Assembly: GCA_963736855.1 (NCBI GenBank)
Contig: CAVTQK010000009.1
Span: 224,001-288,000, forward strand
Length of the DNA: 64,000 nt
Source of the DNA: an uncultured delta proteobacterium
GTDB taxonomy: Bacteria > Desulfobacterota > Desulfobacteria > Desulfobacterales > UBA2156
Direction of reading: 5' to 3'
A program made the position numbers and the translations under genes. Positions within the stretch are counted from its first letter, which is position 1. Each line of letters starts with the position of its first letter. Positions 10,448 to 20,297 of the stretch are shown piece after piece. The notes under the pieces are model-generated. The model was not told where the DNA came from and made no database searches. It worked only from the letters and a program-made list of their open reading frames with translations.

Positions 10448-11506
10448 ATGAGTGCCATGAAGCTGGAAAAAGGAAGATTCGGAGGACGTGTGATGAAGAT
10501 GGGAAAAGCCGAATGGCTGGTTGCGGTTTTCTTCTTATGCTTGCCATGCATCAAGGTTTCGGCGTCTGACCTGCCAGGGGCCAAGGACCATCCGCTGCTC
10601 AAGCGCTTCGGAGGTTCCGAGATCGTGGGATATGAAGTAAAGCGGTTCGAAGAGTATGAGCTCCAAACGTCCGCCTTCAAGCGCTACAATCTGGAAACCA
10701 AACGGCGTGAATTTGCAAACCCGCCACTTAAGCTGGAGGGTGGTTTGACGAGGATCTGGTACGAAGCAGCGGGGGACACAAGTGCTACGGAGCTCATCCG
10801 TAACTATCAGAATGATCTCAAGGCACAGGGATTCCAGATTCTCTACGATTCTACTCAGGACCCGGCTTCTAAAACTTGGGTCAATTTCCTGGCTCCTTTC
10901 AGCAGTTCGGACATCAAGACTACTCGCAGCTATTATGTCTTCTTTGCTGCAGAACAAAAGGGCATTCGTGTAACCAGCGCGAAGCTGGAAAGACCCGAAG
11001 GCGATGTATATGTCTATCTCACAGCCATTGAATGGGGAAAGGATGATGCCACTTACAAAGCAAAGCGCGGTGCTTATATGGCGGTCGATGTCATTGAAGT
11101 GCGAGGTATGACACAAAACATGGTAGTTGTTAGTGCCGACGATATGTCCAAGTCAATTAGCTCAGCCGGGCGCATCGCCCTATATGGCATTTTATTCGAC
11201 ACCAACAAGGCGGACATCAGACCCGAGTCGAAGCTTACACTGGAAGAGATCGCCAAGATGCTTAAGAAGGAACCGGACCTGAAGCTGCACGTGGTTGGTC
11301 ACACAGATAATGTTGGTGGGTATGAGTTCAACCTGGGCCTGTCCAAGCGACGAGCTGATGCAGTAGTTGCTTCGCTCACTAAGGAGCACGGTATTGCGGT
11401 CAATCGGCTAATTCCGAATGGCGTGGCCTATCTGGCACCGGTCGCAGTTAATACGACCGAAGAAGGAAGGGCGAAGAACCGGCGTGTAGAGCTGGTACCG
11501 CAGTAA
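10448..11506 (+). CDS. OmpA-family protein with DUF4892-like N-terminal domain
   Basis: Signal peptide, DHPLLKRFGGSEI, C-terminal GHTD..LSKRRA..NRRVELV; true start may be a downstream Met. Confidence 0.88.
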   Translation: MSAMKLEKGRFGGRVMKMGKAEWLVAVFFLCLPCIKVSASDLPGAKDHPLLKRFGGSEIVGYEVKRFEEYELQTSAFKRYNLETKRREFANPPLKLEGGLTRIWYEAAGDTSATELIRNYQNDLKAQGFQILYDSTQDPASKTWVNFLAPFSSSDIKTTRSYYVFFAAEQKGIRVTSAKLERPEGDVYVYLTAIEWGKDDATYKAKRGAYMAVDVIEVRGMTQNMVVVSADDMSKSISSAGRIALYGILFDTNKADIRPESKLTLEEIAKMLKKEPDLKLHVVGHTDNVGGYEFNLGLSKRRADAVVASLTKEHGIAVNRLIPNGVAYLAPVAVNTTEEGRAKNRRVELVPQ

Positions 11507-11611
11507 GAGTAGTCTATCTATCACGCCGCGGGGCGCCTTCTGCCGCAAAGGTCAAGGCCATTTTCGAAGCGAAATGGAGCACGGCGTGTTGTTTAAGATG
11601 GGCAGAACCGT

Positions 11612-11767
11612 TATTTTATTCTTCTCAGAGGAATTGAGAAAGTCAAAGGCGAGTTCAAATTGGTTTCCGCCGCCCATAACCTCAGAAAAATTTGGCTGTA
11701 CCTTAAAAACCAGATGAAAAGCCTGTCCGAAATACGGGTTCAAGTCGGCTTTTCAGAAACGGTTTAG
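11612..11767 (+). mobile_element. remnant of an IS1182-family-like transposase C-terminus
   Basis: Plus-strand reading YFILLRGIEKVKGEFKLVSAAHNLRKIWLYL...*, resembling the FxLRGxxKVxGEFxLxxxAHNLxK tail; no upstream ORF. Confidence 0.7.
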
Positions 11768-11802
11768 AGCCATAGTGATTTTACAAGGATACATTTTTGC
11801 AG

Positions 11803-14007
11803 TCATGATTTCATCAAGAAAATCCCTGCCAGAGACATCCCGATGAGGGCTGCGGCGGCAGGGAGCATTCCTAAAAACGGAATCAGCCAGAGGCTACCTA
11901 CGACCGCCCCGACACATCCTCCCGCCAAATCGGCGGCGTAGATTTCCGAGGTAGCCCGCTGCTGTTCGGCCGTGCCGCTCCTGCCGGTGACCACAAAGAT
12001 GCCGGCCACGGCGGCTCCGCTCGCAAACAAGAGAATCGATGCCGTTAAGAGGCCGGCATGCATGTGAGCCAAAAGCATTCCGGAAAACAACGCTGCAACG
12101 ATGCCGATAATTGAAAAGAGTACAGCGCCGGTTGGCGCCGTACGCATCCGAGATACAGACAGACGGGAAATTCCGTAGGCGCCGGCCCAGAGGCCGACCA
12201 TGAAAGCCATGATCAGACATCCCATGTTTTGATAGAGAACCCCCCGGCTGGCTTGGTAATAAAGCAGAATCAGGGTTTCCAGAACCATTCCCGCAAATCC
12301 GGCCGCACCCATCCAAAAAATGTCACGAAAGCGAGACGTTCGTCTCAGGAGCCATCCTGCTGCCACAAAAATCGAGAGAAGAAGGATTAGGGGTATGATC
12401 GAATCTGCCGGATCGGCTGGGTGGACATGGATCATGGATGGAATGAATTTGGAAAGCCAGATCAGCACCGAATAATGGTAGCTGATGGGATGGACGTCGC
12501 TGTTGGGGATCGCCATGGAAGCGTTCAAAAGGCGTTCCATCTCGAAGAATCGGTCATTGGTAAAAAGATATCGGATATAAGGCGGCGAAACCAAACGGGT
12601 CTGGATACGTTGTTCTTCCAACCTGCCGATGAGCACTTCAGGATCCGTTGGAACCGGAGCCTGGGAAGCGCGCATAATAATAGAGACTCCAGGCAGAGCT
12701 GAGGCATGGGAAAATTCGCGTTTTAACGCCTGCCAGACCGAGGCGTTTTTTAGGGTCATCATGGAAGACCAGAGATTTTCCGAGGAGCGCAACCGAAAAG
12801 CCAGGATTCCATTCGGTTGAAGATGTCGGCGGCAAAGCCGGAAAAATTCGCGGGTGTAGAACCGATTGGCGACGCCGGAATCGGGCTGAGGCATACCGAT
12901 CAGGATCAGATCGTAACGGTCGGCGGTTTCAAGAAACCTCCGGGGATCGTCCTGAACGATGCGAACCGATGGTCGGTGAAGTACGGTGGTCCAGTCTTTC
13001 GGAAGATGCTGTGAAAGCAAATCGATCAGCACAGGATTTATTTCCACATAGTCGATGGTCCTGGGATGATGCTGGATCAGTTCATGCAGCAAGCCTTCCA
13101 TCCCTCCGCCGAGCACCGCAACGGCGTCCATACGCTCAAGGCTCAATGCCGCCAGATGAACAAAGGATTCGGCATCGACGCTTTCGGTTTCAAAACTGAG
13201 CACGTCGTTTTCGAAAAGCACGAATTGATCCGCTCGTCGGGTAAGAGTCAGTCGACCGTAAGGCGAATCCTTCGAGGCAATAAGGTCCGGATGATTCCAA
13301 CGAGTGGTTGTAGGATCCAGCCAAGGAAGAAAGAAAAAGCCGGCAGCGAACAGAGATATCGCCATCCCACCCGTTGCCCAGCGGTGAAGGTCTTTACAAC
13401 AAAGCAGGAGCCAGGTCATCGCGGCAAAACCGACGCAGACCCATGCGGCCGTGAGATTTTGAATGCCGGCAAAAAAGAGCAGTGTGGCACCGCCGCCCCC
13501 CACAACACCTCCGATGCTTTCGATGGCATAGGCACGGGCCAGACGGCCGCCTTGAGCCACTGAGATTTTTGCCGACCACTGGAATAGCAGGCCCATCAAA
13601 AGACCTGCCGGGAAAAGAGCGATTCCGATGGCGGCGATCTGGACAGGAAAAGAAAGAAAGGTTCCTGGAAAGGCTCCGGCAAGGGTGCGGAAATATCGGA
13701 TGAATAAGAGATCGGCAAAGAAAACCAGGGAAAATGCGGCAAAGGTCCAACCCACCGCCTCTTTTTGAGAAACCCGGAATCGGGGTCCCATTAAAGCGCC
13801 CGCGGCGGACCAGAAGAGCCAGACAGCCATGGCCAGAATGTAAATCAACTCCACACCGTACAGGGAGACGGCCAGCTCCCGAAGGAGAACGACCTGCCCC
13901 AGAATCGAAGTAAAGCCGACGGCAAACAGGGCTAGTGTCACGGTCGAGGCGAACTTTCGCTGAAAACCTGGGCCTGAAAGATATAAAGGGAGGCGCCTTC
14001 CTTCCAT
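11803..14007 (-). CDS. polytopic membrane protein with central spermidine-synthase/SAM-binding fold
   Basis: N- and C-terminal TM bundles (Y.IESIGG, YAADLAGG) around SPYG..VLGGG..VEINP..DPRRFL..FYTREFF. Confidence 0.85.
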   Translation of the reverse strand: MEGRRLPLYLSGPGFQRKFASTVTLALFAVGFTSILGQVVLLRELAVSLYGVELIYILAMAVWLFWSAAGALMGPRFRVSQKEAVGWTFAAFSLVFFADLLFIRYFRTLAGAFPGTFLSFPVQIAAIGIALFPAGLLMGLLFQWSAKISVAQGGRLARAYAIESIGGVVGGGGATLLFFAGIQNLTAAWVCVGFAAMTWLLLCCKDLHRWATGGMAISLFAAGFFFLPWLDPTTTRWNHPDLIASKDSPYGRLTLTRRADQFVLFENDVLSFETESVDAESFVHLAALSLERMDAVAVLGGGMEGLLHELIQHHPRTIDYVEINPVLIDLLSQHLPKDWTTVLHRPSVRIVQDDPRRFLETADRYDLILIGMPQPDSGVANRFYTREFFRLCRRHLQPNGILAFRLRSSENLWSSMMTLKNASVWQALKREFSHASALPGVSIIMRASQAPVPTDPEVLIGRLEEQRIQTRLVSPPYIRYLFTNDRFFEMERLLNASMAIPNSDVHPISYHYSVLIWLSKFIPSMIHVHPADPADSIIPLILLLSIFVAAGWLLRRTSRFRDIFWMGAAGFAGMVLETLILLYYQASRGVLYQNMGCLIMAFMVGLWAGAYGISRLSVSRMRTAPTGAVLFSIIGIVAALFSGMLLAHMHAGLLTASILLFASGAAVAGIFVVTGRSGTAEQQRATSEIYAADLAGGCVGAVVGSLWLIPFLGMLPAAAALIGMSLAGIFLMKS

Positions 14008-15551
14008 GCACTTGGGGAAAGCCCCGCTTTCCGGCTCAGTTGCGCCAGCATTTCATCGCGTCCCCATCCCTGCTCCGGCGCTACCTGGGGCAGAAACACC
14101 GCCGACCGTCCGGCTTTTTGAAGCATCACCCCATCCCGGCCGACGACGATGCGGCCAGGGGCGTCTATCCGTTGAAAGGGTGTCAGGACCGACACTTCGA
14201 TTTCAACCGCATCCAGTTCCGCGAATTTCAGGGGAGAAAACCTTCTGTCGTTGAAGGCAGCCTGAAGAGTCATATGGCCCACGACCTGGCCAAGGGGAAG
14301 ATCGTTCTCCATGTGACCGATGCAGCCCCTCAGTTCGCCGTGCCGTTTCAGGGTGACGAAAGCGCCTTGGCGAGCATACAACAATGGATCTGGAAATCGT
14401 GGTAAGGGTATGGTCTCGGTCTTCAAATACTGGATCAGGGTTTTCCGGGCAAACTGGAGAAGAACCTGCTGTTGACTCGTCAAAAGGGGCTTAGGGTTCA
14501 TATCGGCAGGCGGTTCCGGAAAGGGATTGCCGCTGCTTTTTGTTGGATGACGATAAAACGCCACGGCTCCATATCCCACCACTTGATCCCGTTTTCCCCC
14601 AAGGGATTCACCCGAGTTGGCATAGCTGACGATACGGCCGCTTGAAGCACCCAGATGCTTCGCGGCAGCCATGGCCGCCGCCACCGGTCTATCTCCGCAG
14701 GCACAGGTCGACAGGCCGGAAAGACTCAAAGATTCCTGGTTCCGGACAACCTGTTGAAACCGACGGATATCGAGGCTTGCCATGGCCTGAAGGGTGCTGC
14801 GGTCTACCCGGCAGGCATCGCCATATTTCGGATAATGGGATAGATCCGAACTGGCTACGATGAGGGGGTTTTTATGCACGAGGCTTTGGGCCAGAGACTC
14901 TCCGAAACGGGTACAGGCCTTGTCGTCTCGTAGGCTGACAATAACCGGCAGAATCGGAGTGTCCGGAAACAGCACCTGGACAAAAGGTACAAGGACTTCG
15001 ATGGAATGCTCGTTTTGATGAACCGGTTTATCAATAACCGCCTCGCGAAATCGCTCCATGAGCCGCCGTGCGGCTTCCGAATCGATTGCGGCGATACCCA
15101 GGGGGGTTTGGAACCCGCCGGTCGCAAAAACCGAAACGCCGTCGAAGCCCGGGCGGGAATGATTGACACCTAAGATAACAATCAGGTCGTAAGCATGGCC
15201 TTTTGCCTGGGCAAATGCATCTGCCATGATCTGGCCGGAGAAAATATATCCGGCATGGGGGGAGACAACGGTGATGGGAGGCTCGGATGCAGGCGGCACG
15301 GAATCCGATAAAAACATCTGGATGGCGGTTCTCAGTTTATCCGGGTTTTCCGGATAGAAGCGTCCTGCAACCGCCGGTGAGCGGATGTCGTCCTGGATCG
15401 CAATAGCATCAGCAAAATGCCCGAAGAGGGTTAAAAAACAAACGGCGGACATTGTGACGATACAAATCCAGGTCACTTTTGGCGGCAAACCGTTATTGAT
15501 AAAACAGACCCGGCTGGGAGGGGTTGCAGAAGGCATCGGTTGCTGATCCAC
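13938..15551 (-). CDS. AmmeMemoRadiSam protein B (MEMO1) / protein A (AMMECR1) fusion
   Basis: PAVAGRFYP, PHAGYIFSG, EHSIEV, SSDLSHY, VVGYG (MEMO), then GAFVTL..LRGCIG, D.RF, FLPQV (AMMECR1); hydrophobic leader. Confidence 0.93.
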   Translation of the reverse strand: MDQQPMPSATPPSRVCFINNGLPPKVTWICIVTMSAVCFLTLFGHFADAIAIQDDIRSPAVAGRFYPENPDKLRTAIQMFLSDSVPPASEPPITVVSPHAGYIFSGQIMADAFAQAKGHAYDLIVILGVNHSRPGFDGVSVFATGGFQTPLGIAAIDSEAARRLMERFREAVIDKPVHQNEHSIEVLVPFVQVLFPDTPILPVIVSLRDDKACTRFGESLAQSLVHKNPLIVASSDLSHYPKYGDACRVDRSTLQAMASLDIRRFQQVVRNQESLSLSGLSTCACGDRPVAAAMAAAKHLGASSGRIVSYANSGESLGGKRDQVVGYGAVAFYRHPTKSSGNPFPEPPADMNPKPLLTSQQQVLLQFARKTLIQYLKTETIPLPRFPDPLLYARQGAFVTLKRHGELRGCIGHMENDLPLGQVVGHMTLQAAFNDRRFSPLKFAELDAVEIEVSVLTPFQRIDAPGRIVVGRDGVMLQKAGRSAVFLPQVAPEQGWGRDEMLAQLSRKAGLSPSAWKEGASLYIFQAQVFSESSPRP

Positions 15552-15578
15552 GGGAATCTCCTTGAAAAACGAGGGTTC

Positions 15579-16841
15579 TCAGGTCCAGATACCGGCGATG
15601 GGCGTTCGGCAATACCGGCAGAGGCCTTTTTCAATCTGCATTTCGGTCATGAAAAACCCGGTCCGACGAATCACCGCCTTTCCACACGCCGGGCAGTAGG
15701 TGTGATTACCGGGATGACCCGGTACATTCCCCACGAAGGGATAACGAATTCCGGCGGCCTTAGCCAGATCATAGGCTTTCTCGAGCGTCCCGACCGGTGT
15801 GGGCGGAAGGTTTAACATCTTGTAATCCGGATGAAACCGGGTGAAATGGATGGGCACATCGGGCCCCACCTCATCCAGCATCCAACGAATGAGACCTTTC
15901 AGCATGTTGTCGGAATCATTCAGGGTCGGCACCACGAGATTGACGATCTCCAGATGCACCCCCCGTTTCGCGACGGTTCGGATGCTTTTCAGCACCGGGT
16001 CCAGTTCGGCCTTACAGACGTTGCGGTAAAAGGCGCGGTCAAATCCCTTGAGGTCGATTTTGATGGCATCCAGCGCCTGGCACATATCGTTGAGGGGTTC
16101 CGGATTCATGAACCCGCAACTGATCAGGACACTGCGGATCCCTTTGGGTTTGGCTGCAGCAGCGATGTCCAGCAGGTATTCCGCGAAGACCGTGGGTTCG
16201 TTGTAGGTAAAGGCGATAACGGAAGCCTGTCGCTGTTTTGATGCCGCCACGATCTCCTCCGGTGCTACGAAAGGGACCGTGAAGTCCTCGGGCTTTGCCT
16301 GGGAAATTTCCCAATTCTGACAGAACTGGCAACTTAAGGGACAACCTGCTGTTGCCAGGGAAAAAGCGGCGGAACCTGGCAGAAAGTGATATAATGGTTT
16401 TTTTTCGATAGGATCCACATGCATGGAGACAGGACGGCCGTATACCAGGCTTTTCAACACACCATGGTTGTTGATGCGGGCCCGGCATCGGCCGCGATCA
16501 CCGGGAGCCAGGAGGCATTTTTGAGCGCATAGCAAGCACCGGACATAGCCCTTCTCATGTTGAAAAAAAGTCCCCTGGACTTTTTCCTGCGGTAGATGGC
16601 AGGCCAGACAGTCCACGCCTTGGGCATTTGACGAAACCCAGTATCGGGCCGGTGGCATATCTCTCTCTCCCTGGGGCAGGCCGGATCGAACGGATGCTTG
16701 GATATGGCCTTTTGGAGCTCCGTTTAAGAGAATCCATGCACACGGGGTGCAAACCCCTAAACGAACGGAAGCCCGGATGGTTCGTTGAAGAAACTGCCTT
16801 CGGGATAGATTGATGAAATCACGGCGATAGGGGGGCGGCAT
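15579..16841 (-). CDS. amrS: AmmeMemoRadiSam system radical SAM enzyme
   Basis: DPIEKKPLYHF, GCPLSCQFCQNWEISQ, TYNEP, FTRFHPDY, TYCPAC; start at ATG 16841 after GAGGA; SRRQFL leader. Confidence 0.92.
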   Translation of the reverse strand: MPPPYRRDFINLSRRQFLQRTIRASVRLGVCTPCAWILLNGAPKGHIQASVRSGLPQGERDMPPARYWVSSNAQGVDCLACHLPQEKVQGTFFQHEKGYVRCLLCAQKCLLAPGDRGRCRARINNHGVLKSLVYGRPVSMHVDPIEKKPLYHFLPGSAAFSLATAGCPLSCQFCQNWEISQAKPEDFTVPFVAPEEIVAASKQRQASVIAFTYNEPTVFAEYLLDIAAAAKPKGIRSVLISCGFMNPEPLNDMCQALDAIKIDLKGFDRAFYRNVCKAELDPVLKSIRTVAKRGVHLEIVNLVVPTLNDSDNMLKGLIRWMLDEVGPDVPIHFTRFHPDYKMLNLPPTPVGTLEKAYDLAKAAGIRYPFVGNVPGHPGNHTYCPACGKAVIRRTGFFMTEMQIEKGLCRYCRTPIAGIWT

Positions 16842-16976
16842 GGGGAGTGATCCTCGTAAAAAATTGCACCTGAACATCACTATAGCCAAAATGCCGATTC
16901 TGTCAAGGATCACCAATGTCGGACACAACGCTTCGATCCGGAATGGGATGCCGGAAGTTTTTCAGGCCGTGAGGGC

Positions 16977-17840
16977 ATGAGCTGGTTTTTCCTGGCCCTG
17001 ATCGCAGCGTTGGGAACGGCCACCGCCGACTTTTTGCTCAAGCGCTGGTTCAGTGATCGGCCCGCAGGCGAAATGGCCATGGCCCGCATCTTCAGCGTTG
17101 TCCCTTTGGGTGTGATCCTGTTGATATTCACCCCCTGGCCGGAGCTTAGGCCCGGTTTCTGGCAGGCCATGGGCCTGGCCCTGCCCGCCGAGGTGGCGGC
17201 CACCCTGCTCTACCATCGCGCCATCAGGCTTTCCCCCCTTGCTCTGACCCAGCCCTTTCTCTCTTTCACCCCGTTTTTTTCGGTACTCACCGGGCTGTTC
17301 TTTTTGGGAGAGTTTCCTTCAGCCTGGGGGATCATCGGTGTGGCGCTGTTGACGGGCGGGGTCTACGGCCTGTACTTTGAACAAGTTCGATCGAGCTGGC
17401 ACCAACCCTTCGTGACGGCGTTTCGAGAGCCGGGTTCCTGGATGATGCTCGCCGTCAGCGCGCTCTATGCCTATACGGCTGTTTTGGGTCGCAAGGCGGT
17501 GTTGGCTTCCACACCCCTGTTTGCACTGGCAATCTATTCGATCTTGCACGCCCTGGCATTGGGCGCGGTGATGAGCTGGAGTCGGCGGCTGAGTTGGGGC
17601 TGGTTGAAGCGTCCCCGGCCTCTTCTATGCCTGGCTTTGGCCATGAGCGGAATGGTATTGTGCCACTATTGGGCTCTGGAATTGGTACAGACCGCATATA
17701 TGATCTCCGTCAAGCGGCTCAGTATCTTGTTTGCCATGCTCTACGGCGGGATTTTTTTAGGGGAAAAGCGGCTCATCCAGCACCTGGGCGCGGGTTTGGT
17801 CATGGTGGCAGGCGCTGCCCTGTTGCTGGTTTTGGGATGA
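16977..17840 (+). CDS. DMT/EamA-family transporter
   Basis: Two EamA-like repeats each ending LGE, about 10 TM segments. Confidence 0.88.
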   Translation: MSWFFLALIAALGTATADFLLKRWFSDRPAGEMAMARIFSVVPLGVILLIFTPWPELRPGFWQAMGLALPAEVAATLLYHRAIRLSPLALTQPFLSFTPFFSVLTGLFFLGEFPSAWGIIGVALLTGGVYGLYFEQVRSSWHQPFVTAFREPGSWMMLAVSALYAYTAVLGRKAVLASTPLFALAIYSILHALALGAVMSWSRRLSWGWLKRPRPLLCLALAMSGMVLCHYWALELVQTAYMISVKRLSILFAMLYGGIFLGEKRLIQHLGAGLVMVAGAALLLVLG

Positions 17841-17880
17841 GTATCGGAGATTACGGCAAGGGAAAAATTCTGCCGGGGGG

Positions 17881-18840
17881 TTATTCCGACAGGGTGCAGG
17901 CATCGGAGGCCTTTTTCATCTCTACGTAGTGCGCCCCGGCCAAGGCGGCGGTACAGCCATCCCCTGCGGCGGTCACAATCTGGCGGGCGTATTTCTGTCT
18001 CAGATCGCCTATCACGAAGAGACCCGGGATCCGGGTTTCGCACTTCTCGTCGGTGATGACATATCCCTGGGCATTCATATCCACACCGCTGGGAACCAGC
18101 TTGTTATTGGGCACGAAACCGATGAAGACGAAAACGCCGTCTGTAGACAGATGTCGTTTTTCACTCGTTTTGGTATCCTGCAAGGTGACGGCGTTTACCC
18201 CTTTATCATCAGCCTTGATTTCCGTGACCACAGTGTTCCACAAAACCTCGATCTTGCATTCGGCCATAACGCGCTGCTGAAGGATGCGGCTGGCCCTGAA
18301 GGCATCACGGCGATGGGTCAGGTATACCTTTTTAGTGATCTTGGCCAGATATAACGCTTCCTCCATGGCGGTGTCGCCGCCGCCGACCACAACCACCGTC
18401 TTACCCCGGTAAAAAAACCCGTCACAGGTGGCGCAATACGAGACCCCCTTTCCGTAGAACTTATCTTCGCCGGGAACGGCGAGTTTGCGGGGTGTGCCGC
18501 CGGAGGCCAGAATGACCGAACGGGCATTCAGGGTTTGGCCGTCATCGAGTCGAACCGAGTGGAAATCGATACCGGGTTCGATGACAATCACCTCTTTTTG
18601 ATGTATTTCAATCCCATAAGACTTAACATGATCGGATAATTTCTGGCAAAGCTCGAAACCTGTAATGGTTTCGAATCCTGGGTAATTTTCCACGCTGTCC
18701 GTATTGGCGATCTGTCCGCCATGGACACCCTTTTCAATCAGAACCGTATCCAGAGCCGCCCGCATGGCGTAAATGGCGGCGGTCAATCCTGCCGGTCCGC
18801 CTCCGACAATGATGAGATCGTAAAGTTTGCTGTCTGACAA
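17881..18840 (-). CDS. trxB: thioredoxin-disulfide reductase
   Basis: GGGPAG, GVSYCATCDG, GGGDTA. Confidence 0.95.
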   Translation of the reverse strand: MSDSKLYDLIIVGGGPAGLTAAIYAMRAALDTVLIEKGVHGGQIANTDSVENYPGFETITGFELCQKLSDHVKSYGIEIHQKEVIVIEPGIDFHSVRLDDGQTLNARSVILASGGTPRKLAVPGEDKFYGKGVSYCATCDGFFYRGKTVVVVGGGDTAMEEALYLAKITKKVYLTHRRDAFRASRILQQRVMAECKIEVLWNTVVTEIKADDKGVNAVTLQDTKTSEKRHLSTDGVFVFIGFVPNNKLVPSGVDMNAQGYVITDEKCETRIPGLFVIGDLRQKYARQIVTAAGDGCTAALAGAHYVEMKKASDACTLSE

Positions 18841-19041
18841 GTCAAAACCCTCCTTTAGGCAACAGTAAGTACTTCATATGATCCCGAAAAAGCTGAAGGA
18901 TATGAAAGGGGGATCTTTTTAGGCTAATCTTAAACACAAGCCGTTTTTTGTCAACAGCAGCTTTCCGGTTAAAGACGGCGATGGGCCTTTCAGAAGCCGG
19001 TCGTTACGGGTTCTTTTAACACAGGTCCTAAAATGACAGGA

Positions 19042-20217
19042 TCAGGCACCCTTGGAAGAAGGGAACTTTTCGGGGAGATGATAGACGAAAAAGAGACTGA
19101 CGATGGGGATGACCGGCAGCCAGTAAAGGACGGCCTTGAGAGTATAGAGATCCGCGAATTTTCCGACCAGTGGACTCATCACGCCTCCCACACCGAGGGC
19201 CAGTCCCATCATGAGGCTTGCCACCATGGATTTTCCCTTTGGAGCGATTTCTTGTCCTAGAGCCACGCCTAGCGGAAGCGTGGCCAATGAAAAAAACCCG
19301 GTTAGAAATGCCAAGGGAAAGACCCAGTTACCGCCCAGGTGAATCGAAAGAAGCAGCAACGGGGCTGTGAAAAGACTGCTGGCGTAGAAAATGGGTTTGT
19401 AACCGAGTCGATCCGCAAGATGACCGGCAAGGAGTCCGCTGAGGGTCCCGGCGAGGGTAAATAGGGAAACAATGAACCCCACCGAAATCAACGAATGACC
19501 TCCTCTGGCGAATAGAACCGGTGTAAAGGTGAGCCAGGTCTGGCTTACAAACGCCCTTAAAACCATCACGATCCAGATCACCACAATCCCTTTCCAGGCA
19601 CTTCCCAACGACTCCTTCAAGGAGTCGAAGAAACCGTGGCTGGTCAACCCCTCCCCTTCCGGCTTCGGAACTGTTTTGAAGAGAACGACCATGAGAGGAA
19701 GTCCGATCAGCATCGAATAGACAGCTCCTTTAAGACCCAGGTAGCGTACGATTGTCGTGATCATTATGGGTCCCACCGCAAAGGCAAAGGTACCGCCTAC
19801 ATTGAAGATGGACATGGAGAAGCCGAAATGGCGGCCCGAATAACCGGAGATCATTCCTGCCACGGGAGGGTGAAACAGGGCCTGGCCGATGGATCCGATG
19901 GCAATAAACGCCATAAGAAATAAAAAACTCGGGGCATACCCCACGATAGGGATGAAAACCATGGTCAACAGGGGGCCGCCCAGTACAAAAAGGCGGCTTC
20001 GGTAATGATCAGCGAAGTATCCGGCCAACGGTTGGACCACGAACATGAATAACCTGTTGACGCCGGCGAGCAGCCCCACCTGGGTCATGGACAAGGAAAA
20101 GGAGTCGGCAAAGACAGGGAGAAGGGGGTTGATGAATGAGGCGTAAAGGTCGCCAGTAAAGTGGACCAGAGTCAAGGCGGCAATCACCCCGACGTTAGCT
20201 TTTTGATTCGCTGTCAT
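19042..20217 (-). CDS. MFS transporter (Fsr-like)
   Basis: HFTGD..PLLP, QPLAG..AD, FHP motifs; about 12 TM segments. Confidence 0.88.
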   Translation of the reverse strand: MTANQKANVGVIAALTLVHFTGDLYASFINPLLPVFADSFSLSMTQVGLLAGVNRLFMFVVQPLAGYFADHYRSRLFVLGGPLLTMVFIPIVGYAPSFLFLMAFIAIGSIGQALFHPPVAGMISGYSGRHFGFSMSIFNVGGTFAFAVGPIMITTIVRYLGLKGAVYSMLIGLPLMVVLFKTVPKPEGEGLTSHGFFDSLKESLGSAWKGIVVIWIVMVLRAFVSQTWLTFTPVLFARGGHSLISVGFIVSLFTLAGTLSGLLAGHLADRLGYKPIFYASSLFTAPLLLLSIHLGGNWVFPLAFLTGFFSLATLPLGVALGQEIAPKGKSMVASLMMGLALGVGGVMSPLVGKFADLYTLKAVLYWLPVIPIVSLFFVYHLPEKFPSSKGA

Positions 20218-20297
20218 TTAAAATACGATTACTTGTTCGAATTGGAAAAGCGTGAGGAGTAAATTCCCTCGGTTTCATAAAGTCAAGGAGTTTGTAA

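Noticed and set aside
11507..11600. Integron attC site after the OmpA gene
   Set aside because: No RYYYAAC/GTTRRRY pair with a matching inverted repeat
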